64,000 bases of DNA from an uncultured archaeon (GCA_964486045.1 CAZALK010000009.1:32001-96000), one strand, 5' to 3'. Shown: positions 42,304 through 53,338, numbered from the stretch's first letter. A program made the numbers and translations. The notes: generated by a model not told the origin, from the sequence alone.

Positions 42304-43842
42304 ATGATCGATCTCAATAAAAGAGCACTCGAAAACCCTGATAAACCTGCCTACATAATGGCAGGCAGCGGTGAGGTGATTACAAATCTGCAACTTGAGG
42401 AAAGAGCAAATCAATGTGCACATATGTTCCGGGACATGGGCCTGAAAATTGGAGACCATATAGCTATGTTTATGGAAAATAACCGGCATTTCCTGGAAAT
42501 CTGCTGTGCGGCGGCCCGAGCTGGTCTTTTTTATACACCTATTAGTTCCTTTCTCAAAACTTCAGAAATTGAATACATAATAAACAACTCACGTGCGAAA
42601 TTGTTTATTACATCAGCAGCAAAAAGTGAAATGGCAGCAAAACTTACTGACCTTATGCCCAATGTAGCAAAACGCCTGATTGTTGGAGAAGTTATATACG
42701 GTTATAGTTCTTATGATGAGATAATTGCCCAGTACCCTGTTACTCCCATTGATGACCAGATGGCAGGGAATGACATGCTTTATTCCTCAGGGACTACCGG
42801 ACGTCCGAAGGGAATAAAAACAGCCACTGAACTCCTTCCGTATGGCGAAATTACAGCTGGTGGTAAAGGACTTCTTGCCCTTTTTAGCTTTACTGAAAAA
42901 ACCATTTATCTTTCACCCGCACCGCTTTATCATGCTGCTCCACTCAGGTTTTGTATGTCAGTTCTATATGTAGGTGGGACTATCATTGTTATGGAGAGAT
43001 TTAATGCACTCAAATCACTTGAACTAATAGAAAAATACAATGTAAATAACAGTCAGTGGGTACCTACCATGTTCGTGCGAATGCTAAAACTCCCTGAAGA
43101 AGAACGCAATCGATACGATATATCGAGTCTGAAAATTGCCATTCATGCAGCGGCACCTATACCTATACCGGTTAAAGAAAAAATGATTTCGTGGTGGGGA
43201 CCCGTATTAATTGAATATTATGCTGGCACCGAGGGTAATGGGCTTACATTTATAACATCAAAAGAATGGCTGTCACATAAGGGATCAGTAGGGCGCGCAA
43301 TTCTTGGAAAGCTCCACATACTTGATGAAACGGGCAATGAGCTTCCACCGGGAGATCCGGGTGTTATATATTTCTCAGATGGTCCAGAATTCGAGTATTA
43401 TGATGACCCGGAAAAAACTGCTGCTTCACGCAGTCCCCAAGGCTGGTCTACTCTAAATGATGTGGGTTATATGGATAAGGAGGGTTTCCTATATCTTACT
43501 GATCGAACTACAAACATGATTATCTCAGGCGGAGTAAATATATACCCCCAGGAAACGGAAAATATTCTTGTTATGCACCCTAAGGTGATGGACGCCGCAG
43601 TGATAGGTGTTCCCAATGATGTATACGGAGAAGAGGTAAAAGCAATAATACAACTGAGAAATATGACCGATGCAGGTCTGGACTTGGAAAGAGAACTCAT
43701 AGCTTACTGCCATTCAAAACTATCCAAATTAAAATGTCCGGTAAGTGTCGATTTTGAGGCAGAACTTCCAAGAACTCCCACAGGTAAGTTATTGAAAAGA
43801 CTTTTGAAAGAACGCTACTGGAAAGAAGGAAAAATGATTTAA
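42304..43842 (+). CDS. Acyl-CoA synthetase (AMP-binding, FadD-like)
   Basis: LYSSGTTGRPKG, PLYHAAP, EYYAGTE, ISGGVNIYP, PRTPTGK. Confidence 0.92.
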   Translation: MIDLNKRALENPDKPAYIMAGSGEVITNLQLEERANQCAHMFRDMGLKIGDHIAMFMENNRHFLEICCAAARAGLFYTPISSFLKTSEIEYIINNSRAKLFITSAAKSEMAAKLTDLMPNVAKRLIVGEVIYGYSSYDEIIAQYPVTPIDDQMAGNDMLYSSGTTGRPKGIKTATELLPYGEITAGGKGLLALFSFTEKTIYLSPAPLYHAAPLRFCMSVLYVGGTIIVMERFNALKSLELIEKYNVNNSQWVPTMFVRMLKLPEEERNRYDISSLKIAIHAAAPIPIPVKEKMISWWGPVLIEYYAGTEGNGLTFITSKEWLSHKGSVGRAILGKLHILDETGNELPPGDPGVIYFSDGPEFEYYDDPEKTAASRSPQGWSTLNDVGYMDKEGFLYLTDRTTNMIISGGVNIYPQETENILVMHPKVMDAAVIGVPNDVYGEEVKAIIQLRNMTDAGLDLERELIAYCHSKLSKLKCPVSVDFEAELPRTPTGKLLKRLLKERYWKEGKMI

Positions 43843-44008
43843 AAAAATTATTTTTTAATCATGTATGATATTTTACTTCAATTATTTTAGGTTTTTTAAA
43901 TTAATAGGTGGAAGTACCAAAAAAATTTGAGAAAAGTAGACATCTCTACCTTTAATAATTTTTCTTAATTATTTAAGCTAATATTAAAAACGTATATGTG
44001 AAGTTAAT

Positions 44009-45061
44009 ATGGTTTTAGAAACAAATGTAACAAAAATGCTAGGGATTACGCATCCCATAATCGCTGCCCCAATGGGGCCATTCTATACAACCGAGTTAAC
44101 CATTGCCGTTTCAGAAGCTGGTGGACTTGGTGTATTAAGCCATAGTGGTTTAATGAGTGACTTCCAAGCCAGAAAAATTCCTTTAGATATAATGAAGGAA
44201 AATATGCTTGAAGTTGTTGAACACACGGATAAGCCATTTGGGTTTAACATCAGGACTTCCCGAAATGACCCAAGTGCAGTAAATCTTTGCAATGAAATCC
44301 CAAAATTTATCTTAGAGAATCAAAAAATAAAAGAGCAGTGCATTTATGCCGTTACAAGTGCAGGATCTTCAAAGATGTTACCCCAATCAAAATCTTTCCA
44401 AAAGTTAAAAGAAAGTGGTTCTAATATTAAACATTTTCATGTAGCTCCAGCCTTATGGCTTGCTGATAAATGTGTTGCGACGGGAGTAGATGGATTAGTA
44501 ATTACTGGAGGTGAAGGAGGGGGACATCAGTCTTATGAAAGAGTTAGCACCTTAGTTTTGCTTCAACAAGCTATACAAAAACATCCTGATTACCCTATAG
44601 TAGCATGTGGAGGGTTTGCTACAGGTCAAAGTTTAGCAGCTGCTTTAGCTATGGGTGCAGGAGCAGTTGCAATGGGATCAAGATTCATTGCTTCTAAAGA
44701 GAGCGAATTTCATGAAGCATTTAAGAATATTATTCCTCCCGCAAAAGCTCAAGATACAGTCTTAACTACTGGTGCACTAGGCTTAATTCGTTTATGGAAA
44801 AATGATTATTCATTACATCATGAACTAGTAGCAAATAAGGAGGAAAAAATGGCTCAAGAAGCGGCAATCACCCCAGAAGCGGCACTTGAAATGGGAATAA
44901 AATATGGATTAGCTTATAAAGGAAATATAAAGGATGGAGCTGTTCCATTAGGACAAAGCATCGGAATTGCCAATCAAATAGAATCCGTCCCAGATATTAT
45001 TGAAACAATAATGAGAGATGCTGAAAAACACATCAAAAGGGCTTCTAGCTACATAAAATAA
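44009..45061 (+). CDS. Nitronate monooxygenase / FabK-family flavoprotein
   Basis: HPIIAAPMG, EAGGLG, EGGGHQ, CGGFATG, MGSRF. Confidence 0.9.
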   Translation: MVLETNVTKMLGITHPIIAAPMGPFYTTELTIAVSEAGGLGVLSHSGLMSDFQARKIPLDIMKENMLEVVEHTDKPFGFNIRTSRNDPSAVNLCNEIPKFILENQKIKEQCIYAVTSAGSSKMLPQSKSFQKLKESGSNIKHFHVAPALWLADKCVATGVDGLVITGGEGGGHQSYERVSTLVLLQQAIQKHPDYPIVACGGFATGQSLAAALAMGAGAVAMGSRFIASKESEFHEAFKNIIPPAKAQDTVLTTGALGLIRLWKNDYSLHHELVANKEEKMAQEAAITPEAALEMGIKYGLAYKGNIKDGAVPLGQSIGIANQIESVPDIIETIMRDAEKHIKRASSYIK

Positions 45062-45142
45062 ATTCTTCAATTCTATTTTTCAATTCTAATTTTATTTTCC
45101 TTGAATAATGTATGATTAGGAGTTCAGCGTAATAGAGATTAT

Positions 45143-46960
45143 TTAAAATTTGTATTTCCGTTGATTTATCCTTTCTAAGATGTTTTTTGTTAAAATCGTA
45201 TATTTAGATTCATTGGGTAATAGGATATATACTTGATCTCTCATTGTTTCAAATTTAAAACCTTCTTTTTTTAAATCCACTTTCCTAAATTTAAACGTTG
45301 AAGTGGCTGATAAACCGGATTTAAACCTAATAAAAATGGGGATCGCATATGAGGGAAGATTACTTTTTAGATGAATAATTAGATTATTAAAATCAAAATC
45401 CTTAATTTCGACATTTGAAACAATAGAAGCCATTCCAGCACGTCCGTCAGTACCAGGAATTTTTACACCATATGCAGAAGACATAGATATTTGTTCAAAA
45501 ACATTAAGAACTTCTTCTACTTCAGTCGTAGAAACATTTTGAGCTTTCCAACGGAATGTATCCCCTAAACGATCTATAAATTGAACATGATTACAACCCT
45601 GATCTCTCATTAAGTCTCCCGAATTGAAATAATTATCCCCTTTTTTAAATACATTTCGAAAAATCTTCCTTTCTGTAGCTTCTTTATTTGTATAACCACG
45701 AAAAACTGTTTCGTCATCAATTTCCCAGAGTAGCAGACCTGTTCCGCCAAGTCCGATTATATCCATGAATCCATCTTTGTTAAATATTGGTTTTTCCTCT
45801 TCTATGTTATATTTGACAATTGCATAAGAGTTAGAGCTGAAACCAACGGTGCAATCAAAGTTAAGCAAATTCCCAAATCCTCTACTAATTTCAGATGCTC
45901 CATAAACTTCAACCACATTTTGGATATCAAAACGTTTCTTAAATTTCTTCCATATATCAGGTCTTAATCCATTTCCAATAATGGTTTTTACATTGTTCTC
46001 TTTATCATAAGGCGTAGGGACTTTGTTTAAAAGATATCGGCATACTTCGCCAACATAACAAAAGGCTGTAGCTTCAAATTTTTTTATATCATCCCAAAAT
46101 CGGGAGATCGTTAATTTTCGACTTAAAGCGACGGCTGCACCAGGACCTACAGCAACTCCCCACCCTACAAGCAATGCTGTAGTGTGGAAAAATGGTAATG
46201 GAATATAAATTATATCATCCGAGGTGAATTTTAGGGCATAAAATCCACCATAGCATGCACCAACCATACGAGAATGAGAAAATATTGATGCTTTTGGTAA
46301 ACCTGTAGTCCCCGATGTAAATATATAAGCTAATTGATCAGAACCCTTTACTTTAGATGTTGTGACAGGATTTTTTATGGAGAAATCTCTTACAGTCTTA
46401 GAAAGATCAATAAATCCCTTTGGGAGTGGAATCTTGCCTTTGTCATGTAAAAATAAGAGTACATGTTCCGATGATAGATTCAATGTAGGTTGAACACTTT
46501 TGAATGCTTCATAAGATATTTCATCTACTATGATAAATCTTTCAAGGGTTAACTTTAAACTATGAACAAGAGAACTTTTACGTTGATCTGTATTGATTAA
46601 TGAACCTATAGCCCCAATTTTCCCTAAAGCCGTAAATATAAATAAGTATTCTGGTCTGTTGGTCACCAATACTTCTATTACTTCACCTTTTTTCACTCCT
46701 TTTGAAATAAAATAATTAGCGTATCGATTTACCCATTCATTAAATTCTTTGTGAGTTAAACTGATTTCTTCAAATTTAAGAGCAGTCTTATCTGAATATA
46801 TTCGAGCATTTCTTTCAATCATTGTACCCCACGAAGTTTTATTTTCAACAAGGGTTTTTATTGAATCTTCGATAACTGAAGCGTATTTTTTGTTAAATTC
46901 TTCCAATCTCTTAACAAATTCTTTTTCATCAATTAGATCTAATTCTTTTAGCTCTTGCAT
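45143..46960 (-). CDS. FATP-like long-chain acyl-CoA synthetase
   Basis: YIFTSGTTGLPKA, YVGEVCRYL, GNGLRPDIW, DRLGDTFRWK. Confidence 0.92.
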   Translation of the reverse strand: MQELKELDLIDEKEFVKRLEEFNKKYASVIEDSIKTLVENKTSWGTMIERNARIYSDKTALKFEEISLTHKEFNEWVNRYANYFISKGVKKGEVIEVLVTNRPEYLFIFTALGKIGAIGSLINTDQRKSSLVHSLKLTLERFIIVDEISYEAFKSVQPTLNLSSEHVLLFLHDKGKIPLPKGFIDLSKTVRDFSIKNPVTTSKVKGSDQLAYIFTSGTTGLPKASIFSHSRMVGACYGGFYALKFTSDDIIYIPLPFFHTTALLVGWGVAVGPGAAVALSRKLTISRFWDDIKKFEATAFCYVGEVCRYLLNKVPTPYDKENNVKTIIGNGLRPDIWKKFKKRFDIQNVVEVYGASEISRGFGNLLNFDCTVGFSSNSYAIVKYNIEEEKPIFNKDGFMDIIGLGGTGLLLWEIDDETVFRGYTNKEATERKIFRNVFKKGDNYFNSGDLMRDQGCNHVQFIDRLGDTFRWKAQNVSTTEVEEVLNVFEQISMSSAYGVKIPGTDGRAGMASIVSNVEIKDFDFNNLIIHLKSNLPSYAIPIFIRFKSGLSATSTFKFRKVDLKKEGFKFETMRDQVYILLPNESKYTILTKNILERINQRKYKF

Positions 46961-47109
46961 TTTTTGTAATCGCGTTTAATTAATTATTTAAGTCATTTTT
47001 CAGATCTCTATAGAACTTTTTGTTAAAAGAATAAAGATCTATTAAATTATTTAAATTTTATCTATATTGAAAAAAAATTTTATGACGCAACCTTTCCTGA
47101 AATTCATAA

Positions 47110-47244
47110 TTAGTTTCATTAGGACTTCCATTAGGACAAAGTATTAGAATTGTTAATAAAATAGAAAAAATGTCTGAAATCGTAAATAAGATAATAAAAG
47201 ATGCTGAGAAAAACTTGAGCAAAGCTTATACGTATTTAAAATAA
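47110..47244 (+). pseudogene. C-terminal remnant of a fourth NMO/FabK paralog
   Basis: PLGQSIRIVNKIEKMSEIVNKIIKDAEKNLSKAYTYLK*, preceded by a TAA; 9-bp direct repeat CATTAGGAC (47117, 47129) at the breakpoint. Confidence 0.8.
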
Positions 47245-47368
47245 CAATATTTTTTTCTATCTTTATATATATAGAATAAATTTTAAAAGATTTAGGAATA
47301 ATCTGGTTATCCGTCGTTACTAAAGAATTTGAGGAATAAATAGAAATTAAAAAATAAAAAATAAATTT

Positions 47369-47926
47369 TTAAACCTTTTTTGGCTTGAAAACAATAGAAG
47401 GTTTTGTTCTTTCGGAGTATTTAAATCCTGATGTTTCTTGAATATTACCATATTTTGATTTTAGATCATCTAACGATCCAGAATCTAGAGCTCTCGTGTA
47501 ACATGTTTCAACACATATAGGTTTCTGATTATTCAAGTGACGTTCAAGACAAAAGTTGCATTTTCGCATTTTCGCACCTTCTTCTAACCCGAACTGTGGT
47601 GAATTATATGGGCATGCTTTTAGACATTTCACATTGCATTCTTTATTGCCTAAGCATACTTCACTATTTACAACTACAATTCCATCTTCATCTCTCTTAG
47701 AAATTGCCTTTGGTGGACACACTGGCATGCAAACGGGATCTTCGCAATGATAACATGGAGAGATTAAATAACTTACGAAGAGATCTGGTATATCACCACT
47801 CTCTTCGTATAAAATTCTCATCCAATTTTCGGGACCCGCATCGATATCATTCCAATCTTTACACGCAACACTACAAGCTTTACAGCCCGTGCATCTAGTT
47901 TGGTTAAAATAGAATCCCATTTGCAT
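47369..47926 (-). CDS. dmsB: DMSO reductase-family Fe-S subunit B
   Basis: CTGCKACSVACK, CYHCEDPVCMPVCP, CLKACPY, KCNFCLER..PICVETC. Confidence 0.88.
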   Translation of the reverse strand: MQMGFYFNQTRCTGCKACSVACKDWNDIDAGPENWMRILYEESGDIPDLFVSYLISPCYHCEDPVCMPVCPPKAISKRDEDGIVVVNSEVCLGNKECNVKCLKACPYNSPQFGLEEGAKMRKCNFCLERHLNNQKPICVETCYTRALDSGSLDDLKSKYGNIQETSGFKYSERTKPSIVFKPKKV

Positions 47927-50241
47927 TATTTGGAACCTCCAATTTCTAGTTTTACTTGAACTAAGGCTGTTTTAAGAGTAACAGCACCACCTTCCGAAAA
48001 TTCATCCTTTGTAAGCGTATTTGCGCAAGCTCCTCTATCTATCCCATTCTGGTCGGGAGTATACCATGTTCCTTCTTTAATGCTTACTACTCCTGGGATG
48101 ATGCGCTTAGTTACCCACGCTTCAATTGCAACAATACCCCGGTCATTAAAAGCTAAGCAATTATCTCCATTTTTTATTCCCCTTGGTTCAGCGTCGACTG
48201 GGTTTATCCACATCCTATGAGGAAACGCTTCTTGAAGCCATTTTACCTTGTATAATTCTGAATGAACCTGGTTTCTGGGATGAGGCGTAAGTAATTGAAG
48301 AGGATATTTTTCTACTAGAGAGTCATCTCTATTTTCCCAAGTAGGAACATATTTTGCAACTGGAGGGCATAGAGGGTTGTTAAAACTCGCTATCTGATCA
48401 GAAAATAATTCTATTTTGCCCGATGGAGTTGGAAATGGGTTGTTTTCAAAATCGTCTATATTCTTCTTGAAAGCCACGTAGGGTTCTTTCAGATCAACCC
48501 TTTGAATGCCGTCTTCTCTGTATTTCTTATAATCCTTGATATTTTCTCTTAAATCTTGTGCCATCACAACAAATAATCTTAGGAATTTATCATTTATATC
48601 ATCATATCCTTCGACTAGATCTTTCACTTTACCTGGCATATTTTTGAGGAAAGCATGGAGTACATGTTCCCTTTTGAAATTCTCAATTCCTAATTTTTCT
48701 GCTAATTCTTCAGCGATCTGAATGTCAGGTTTACATTCACCTATTGGTTCAATTGCTTTATTCATATGACCATAATAGGGACCTGAAGGCCATGGTCTTG
48801 TAAGATCGGTCTTTTCAGCAAAACTAGTGACCGGTAGAACAATGTCAGCATATTGGGCAGTAGGAGTTAACCACAATTCAGGGACAACCACAAATAGGTC
48901 TTCCCTTTTCATAGCTTTAGCTGATTTATTGCAATTCCCCATTTGATTTAAAAAATTGCATCCCACAAACATGGCAAATTTTACGTCAAATGGATATCCT
49001 CCAGATTTACCTTTAAGAATAGCATCAAACAACTTATTGACATGAACTCTTGTGTCTAATCGGTCCCTTGGGTTGATATTTCCTCTTAGAGATTTTCCTT
49101 TAGGGAAAGCTTTATTAACCCCAGGAGGAATTGCTATACCTCTAAACATGTGAGCCCAAGGAATTCCGTGAAGACCACCACACGCACTTCCTCCATTTAT
49201 TCCTATATTCCCTGTCATTGCGGAAAGTGTAATTGCACCTCTTGTATATTGTCCACCCATTGCTGAACGTGCTGGACCTTGACAATCTTCTAATGCAGCT
49301 GGTTTGGTAGTTGCATATTCACGAGCTAATTGTTCTATTACTTGAGCTTTCACTCCGCAAATCTTTTCTGCCCACTCAGGAGATTTTGGTATTCCATCCT
49401 CATCTCCTAGGACATAATCCTTGTATTTATCGAATCCATGTGTAAATCTATCAAGATATGCTTGATCGTGGAGATTTTCATTGATCATTACGTATGCCAT
49501 GGCGGCCATCATGGCAGTATCGGTTCCCGGGATAATGGGGATCCATTGATCTGCTGCGATAACAGCACTATCAGAATAACGAGGGTCAATTACAATAATC
49601 TTCGTACCATTTTCTTTCGCTTTAATAAGCCAGTAAGTAGTATTGGTACCGGCAATCATCCTTGCGGGGTCCCAACCCCACATGATGATAAGTTTAGTGT
49701 TCATCCAATCTTCACGGCTGTGTCCTACGAAAATTTGACCAAAACCGTATGATGCTTGAGTGCCAAAAACTGCTCCTTGCGATGAGGGGTTTCCATATGT
49801 AGTTGAAAATCCACCTAAAGCGTTAATTAACCTAGCATAAGCTACAGTAGGATTATGCAAAGCTCCCAAATATCCTCCACCCCCAGCCATAAACACACTC
49901 TGATTCCCATATTTTTCTATAACTTCTTTTAGCTTACTAGCAATAGTTTCATAAGCTTCATCCCAAGTAATTCTCTCAAATTTACCCGAACCTTTTGGAC
50001 CTGCCCTTTTTAAAGGATATTTCAGACGTTCTGGATTATAGACATATTGCCGTATTGCTCTGCATCTAATACAAGTTCTTAGTTGTTTATCAGAACCAGC
50101 GCTATCATCTCCCTCAACTTTAATTATTTTTCCATCTTTCACATGAAGTCTTAAGGGACATCTTCCACCACAATCGAATGCTGAAGTTGTCCTTACTATC
50201 TTAAGGTCTCCTTCATTTGTACTACTTATTTGATTTTCCAT
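47926..50241 (-). CDS. dmsA: Molybdopterin oxidoreductase catalytic subunit (DmsA-like, no Tat signal)
   Basis: SAFDCGGRC..C, RLKYPLKR, FERITWDEA, PGTD, ADIVLP, INPVDAE..GI; ATG 50241 lies 4 nt after GGTGA. Confidence 0.85.
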   Translation of the reverse strand: MENQISSTNEGDLKIVRTTSAFDCGGRCPLRLHVKDGKIIKVEGDDSAGSDKQLRTCIRCRAIRQYVYNPERLKYPLKRAGPKGSGKFERITWDEAYETIASKLKEVIEKYGNQSVFMAGGGGYLGALHNPTVAYARLINALGGFSTTYGNPSSQGAVFGTQASYGFGQIFVGHSREDWMNTKLIIMWGWDPARMIAGTNTTYWLIKAKENGTKIIVIDPRYSDSAVIAADQWIPIIPGTDTAMMAAMAYVMINENLHDQAYLDRFTHGFDKYKDYVLGDEDGIPKSPEWAEKICGVKAQVIEQLAREYATTKPAALEDCQGPARSAMGGQYTRGAITLSAMTGNIGINGGSACGGLHGIPWAHMFRGIAIPPGVNKAFPKGKSLRGNINPRDRLDTRVHVNKLFDAILKGKSGGYPFDVKFAMFVGCNFLNQMGNCNKSAKAMKREDLFVVVPELWLTPTAQYADIVLPVTSFAEKTDLTRPWPSGPYYGHMNKAIEPIGECKPDIQIAEELAEKLGIENFKREHVLHAFLKNMPGKVKDLVEGYDDINDKFLRLFVVMAQDLRENIKDYKKYREDGIQRVDLKEPYVAFKKNIDDFENNPFPTPSGKIELFSDQIASFNNPLCPPVAKYVPTWENRDDSLVEKYPLQLLTPHPRNQVHSELYKVKWLQEAFPHRMWINPVDAEPRGIKNGDNCLAFNDRGIVAIEAWVTKRIIPGVVSIKEGTWYTPDQNGIDRGACANTLTKDEFSEGGAVTLKTALVQVKLEIGGSK

Positions 50242-50452
50242 AAGATCACCTTCATTACTATCTATATAACTTAATAAAAAACATTTTTTATAATTTAAAT
50301 TTATAAATAAAATTAAGCTATCCAAGAGAAATTTTTCTCAACTAAAAAGTTTAATAAGTTTATCTAAAAATATTCAATATTTTGTAATACTCATAGACTA
50401 AAAAGAAAAAAAAATGATTATACTAATTTTTGTTTAACATTTATTGTGTAAG

Positions 50453-51757
50453 TTAAAGTGCTTCAACTATGGTGGCAATTCCTACGCCAAACCCACCACA
50501 CATTAATTGAACGCCATATTTCTTATTGTAATTCTTAAGGTAGTGTATCATTTCTCCAAAATAAATTACTCCACTCGCTCCAATCGGATGACCTATTGCA
50601 ATTGCACCCCCTGTCGGGTTAACTCTAGGATCATCAAATTCATAACCAAAGTCCTTCGAAAAAGCCAAGCAAGGACTTGCAAAAGCTTCATTGGGTTCAA
50701 TTACATCCATATCGTCCACTGTAAGATCTGCTCGTTGTAATGCTTTTTTCATTGCAGGGATCGGTGCTAACAACATGATAATAGGTTCTCCACCAGCTAC
50801 AGCAGTTGATAGAATTCTAGCCATTGGTTTTAATCCTAACTCATCTGCCTTCTCTCGGGACATTAAAAGTGTTGCTGAAGCTCCATCGACTATTTGTGAA
50901 GAATTTCCTGCAGTTGTCATACCACCTTTTTCAGGGGTTCTAAACACGGGTTTCAAACTGCTTATCATTCCCCATCCTTTATCGGGATCATCTAAGTATA
51001 CAGAACGTACTGTCTGATCCTTTGTAATTGTAACTTCTTCGACTATCTGCTTTCCAGTTTTCTCATCCTTTATTGGCTTCATATTTTCATCGGTATGTCT
51101 TTTATCATAAGTCACCGGAACCACACGCTTAAAGTACTCTTCTTCATTCCTCATAGCTTTAGTTGCTTTTTGATGGCTCCACATGCCAAATCGGTCTAAT
51201 TCTTCTCTTTTAAATCCATACCTATCATTGATCATCTCTGATGAAACTCCTTGAGGTACCAAACCAAGCTTTCCAAACCCTGAAGACAACATCACGGGAT
51301 AGTTGGGAACTTGTCTGATAATCTGCATGTCTGAACCCATCGCATAATGGGTCATCGACTCAACCCCAGCTGCAATGCAAATGTCTCCATCGCCTACTCG
51401 AATAGCATTAGCCGCCGTATTAACTGCTTGGAGCCCTGAATTACAATATCTATTCACTGTTGCTCCAGCTATTTCTTGAGGTAACCCAGCAAGCATTAAT
51501 GCAATCCGTGCAATGTTCCCACCTTGTTCTCCTAATTGAGATAGACATCCAACTTGACAATCTTCGATTTCTTTAGGATCAAAGTCTGCACTTTTTGCCT
51601 GGGTTCTCTCAACAACTGATTTTAACACTGTCACCAGTAAATCTTGAGCTGAAATTTCTCGGAATGCTCCTCCGAGTTTTTTCATCTGAGCCCTACCAGA
51701 TTTGCCAATAGGGGTGCGAACTGCATCAATAACTACACATTCTTTTAATTCTTTCAT
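50453..51757 (-). CDS. Thiolase (acetyl-CoA C-acyltransferase)
   Basis: NRYCNSG, NEAF, GGAIAIGHPIGASG, CGGFG. Confidence 0.95.
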   Translation of the reverse strand: MKELKECVVIDAVRTPIGKSGRAQMKKLGGAFREISAQDLLVTVLKSVVERTQAKSADFDPKEIEDCQVGCLSQLGEQGGNIARIALMLAGLPQEIAGATVNRYCNSGLQAVNTAANAIRVGDGDICIAAGVESMTHYAMGSDMQIIRQVPNYPVMLSSGFGKLGLVPQGVSSEMINDRYGFKREELDRFGMWSHQKATKAMRNEEEYFKRVVPVTYDKRHTDENMKPIKDEKTGKQIVEEVTITKDQTVRSVYLDDPDKGWGMISSLKPVFRTPEKGGMTTAGNSSQIVDGASATLLMSREKADELGLKPMARILSTAVAGGEPIIMLLAPIPAMKKALQRADLTVDDMDVIEPNEAFASPCLAFSKDFGYEFDDPRVNPTGGAIAIGHPIGASGVIYFGEMIHYLKNYNKKYGVQLMCGGFGVGIATIVEAL

Positions 51758-51763
51758 ATTTTA

Positions 51764-52918
51764 TCACTCCAATATTACATTTTCTTCTTTTTTAACCTTT
51801 GTAGGTAAGTTTAGTATAATTTCTGTCGCTTCAGTCATTATATCTTGAATTAAATCATGAACAGTTGGTATCGAGTGAATCCTACCAGTGACAACTCCCG
51901 CATTCATAAGGCTTTTATTCTCATCCTCATCAAGTAATTTCTTGAATCCCTTTTCTTCTAGAATACGGATTTTGTCTGTACTTGGACATGGTTTTCCACG
52001 ATAAAGATCTGAAGCCCCATCAATAGTCGCATCTATAACTTCTAGAGATGCTGGATTTATTAAAAACCTCATTGGACCAAATATCCCTCGTCCCACAATT
52101 GTGTCAAATTCTGTGGCTTTTACTAGCTGTTCTTTCCACATCTGTTCGAAATCAGCTTCTTGAGTAGCGATAAACCGAGTTCCCATCTGAACTCCAATCG
52201 CACCTAAAGCAAGAGCTGCTGCTAGAGTTGCACCATCAGCAAACCCTCCTGCACCAACAACAGGTAAATTAACAGTTCTTACAACTTCGGGAAGAAGTAC
52301 CATAGATGAAGTATCTCTCCAAGCACAATGTGCTCCTCCTTCCCTTCCAGAAGCAATAATTATATCTACACCTGTTCTTTCAGCTCTTTTTGCACCTCTT
52401 ACATTTGGACACACTTGACACCATATTATATCAGGTAATTCTTTTTTTACTTCGAGGAATGCCTTTTTTGATCCCTTCTCTTTGGCATTTATCGCCCAAG
52501 GAAGTGGATCACCAGCAGACGTAACCATTACCCTTAGTTTTTTCTTAATTTCAGGTGTTTCATTAAAAATCTCGATAACAGCTAGCATAAATTGTTTTGA
52601 AACCATAGTAAACTCCTTAGCTATCGGTATATTGACACCGAATTTAGCATCGGGGTAATCTTCAAGTTTTTCATAAACATATCTTATCGTTTGTTTGAGA
52701 ACATTTTTAGCACTACCACCAACCCCAAAATCCAGCTTTCGATCTTCTTCAGGTATAAAGTTCACGTCTGGTCCTGCCATACCAATTGTTGAGATCAGAC
52801 CTAAACCACCTTCTTTTGCTACAGCGATACATAATTTTGTTGTTGCGTATGGTCCCATCCCTGCTTGTATAATTGGATATTTTGTTCCAATAATTTCTTG
52901 GAATTTTGTTTGTATCAT
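51764..52918 (-). CDS. Nitronate monooxygenase / FabK-family flavoprotein, upstream of the thiolase
   Basis: YPIIQAGMG, EGGAHC, AGGFADG, GVQMGTRF; 6 nt from the thiolase. Confidence 0.9.
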   Translation of the reverse strand: MIQTKFQEIIGTKYPIIQAGMGPYATTKLCIAVAKEGGLGLISTIGMAGPDVNFIPEEDRKLDFGVGGSAKNVLKQTIRYVYEKLEDYPDAKFGVNIPIAKEFTMVSKQFMLAVIEIFNETPEIKKKLRVMVTSAGDPLPWAINAKEKGSKKAFLEVKKELPDIIWCQVCPNVRGAKRAERTGVDIIIASGREGGAHCAWRDTSSMVLLPEVVRTVNLPVVGAGGFADGATLAAALALGAIGVQMGTRFIATQEADFEQMWKEQLVKATEFDTIVGRGIFGPMRFLINPASLEVIDATIDGASDLYRGKPCPSTDKIRILEEKGFKKLLDEDENKSLMNAGVVTGRIHSIPTVHDLIQDIMTEATEIILNLPTKVKKEENVILE

Positions 52919-53338
52919 TATATTTCAGTTTTTTTTGTTTTTTTTGATAATTTACAACCTAAAATGTAATTATTGTAATAAATTTTACATCCTTTCTAAA
53001 TAAAACTATCTGACTTTATAAACAACTAATTCATGATTCTCAACTTCCAATCCAGGTTAAGCAATTTCTAATGATTTAGGAATTCTACTCGTCTTTTAAA
53101 CCCGCAATTTCTTTCATCTTAATAAAAATAGTCATAATATTTATTTCAAATGAAGGTTCTTCTATGGGATCGATTAAACAGTTGAGTCATTCTAACACCC
53201 TTATTTTTATATATATTTTTTCTTAAGTTGGAATAAATCTTTATTGAAATGATTATTTTTAAAGAATAATCAAACCTTAATATAAATTTTCTTAATACCC
53301 CATTACAGTTTCAGAAAACAAATCAATTGGAATTTGGA

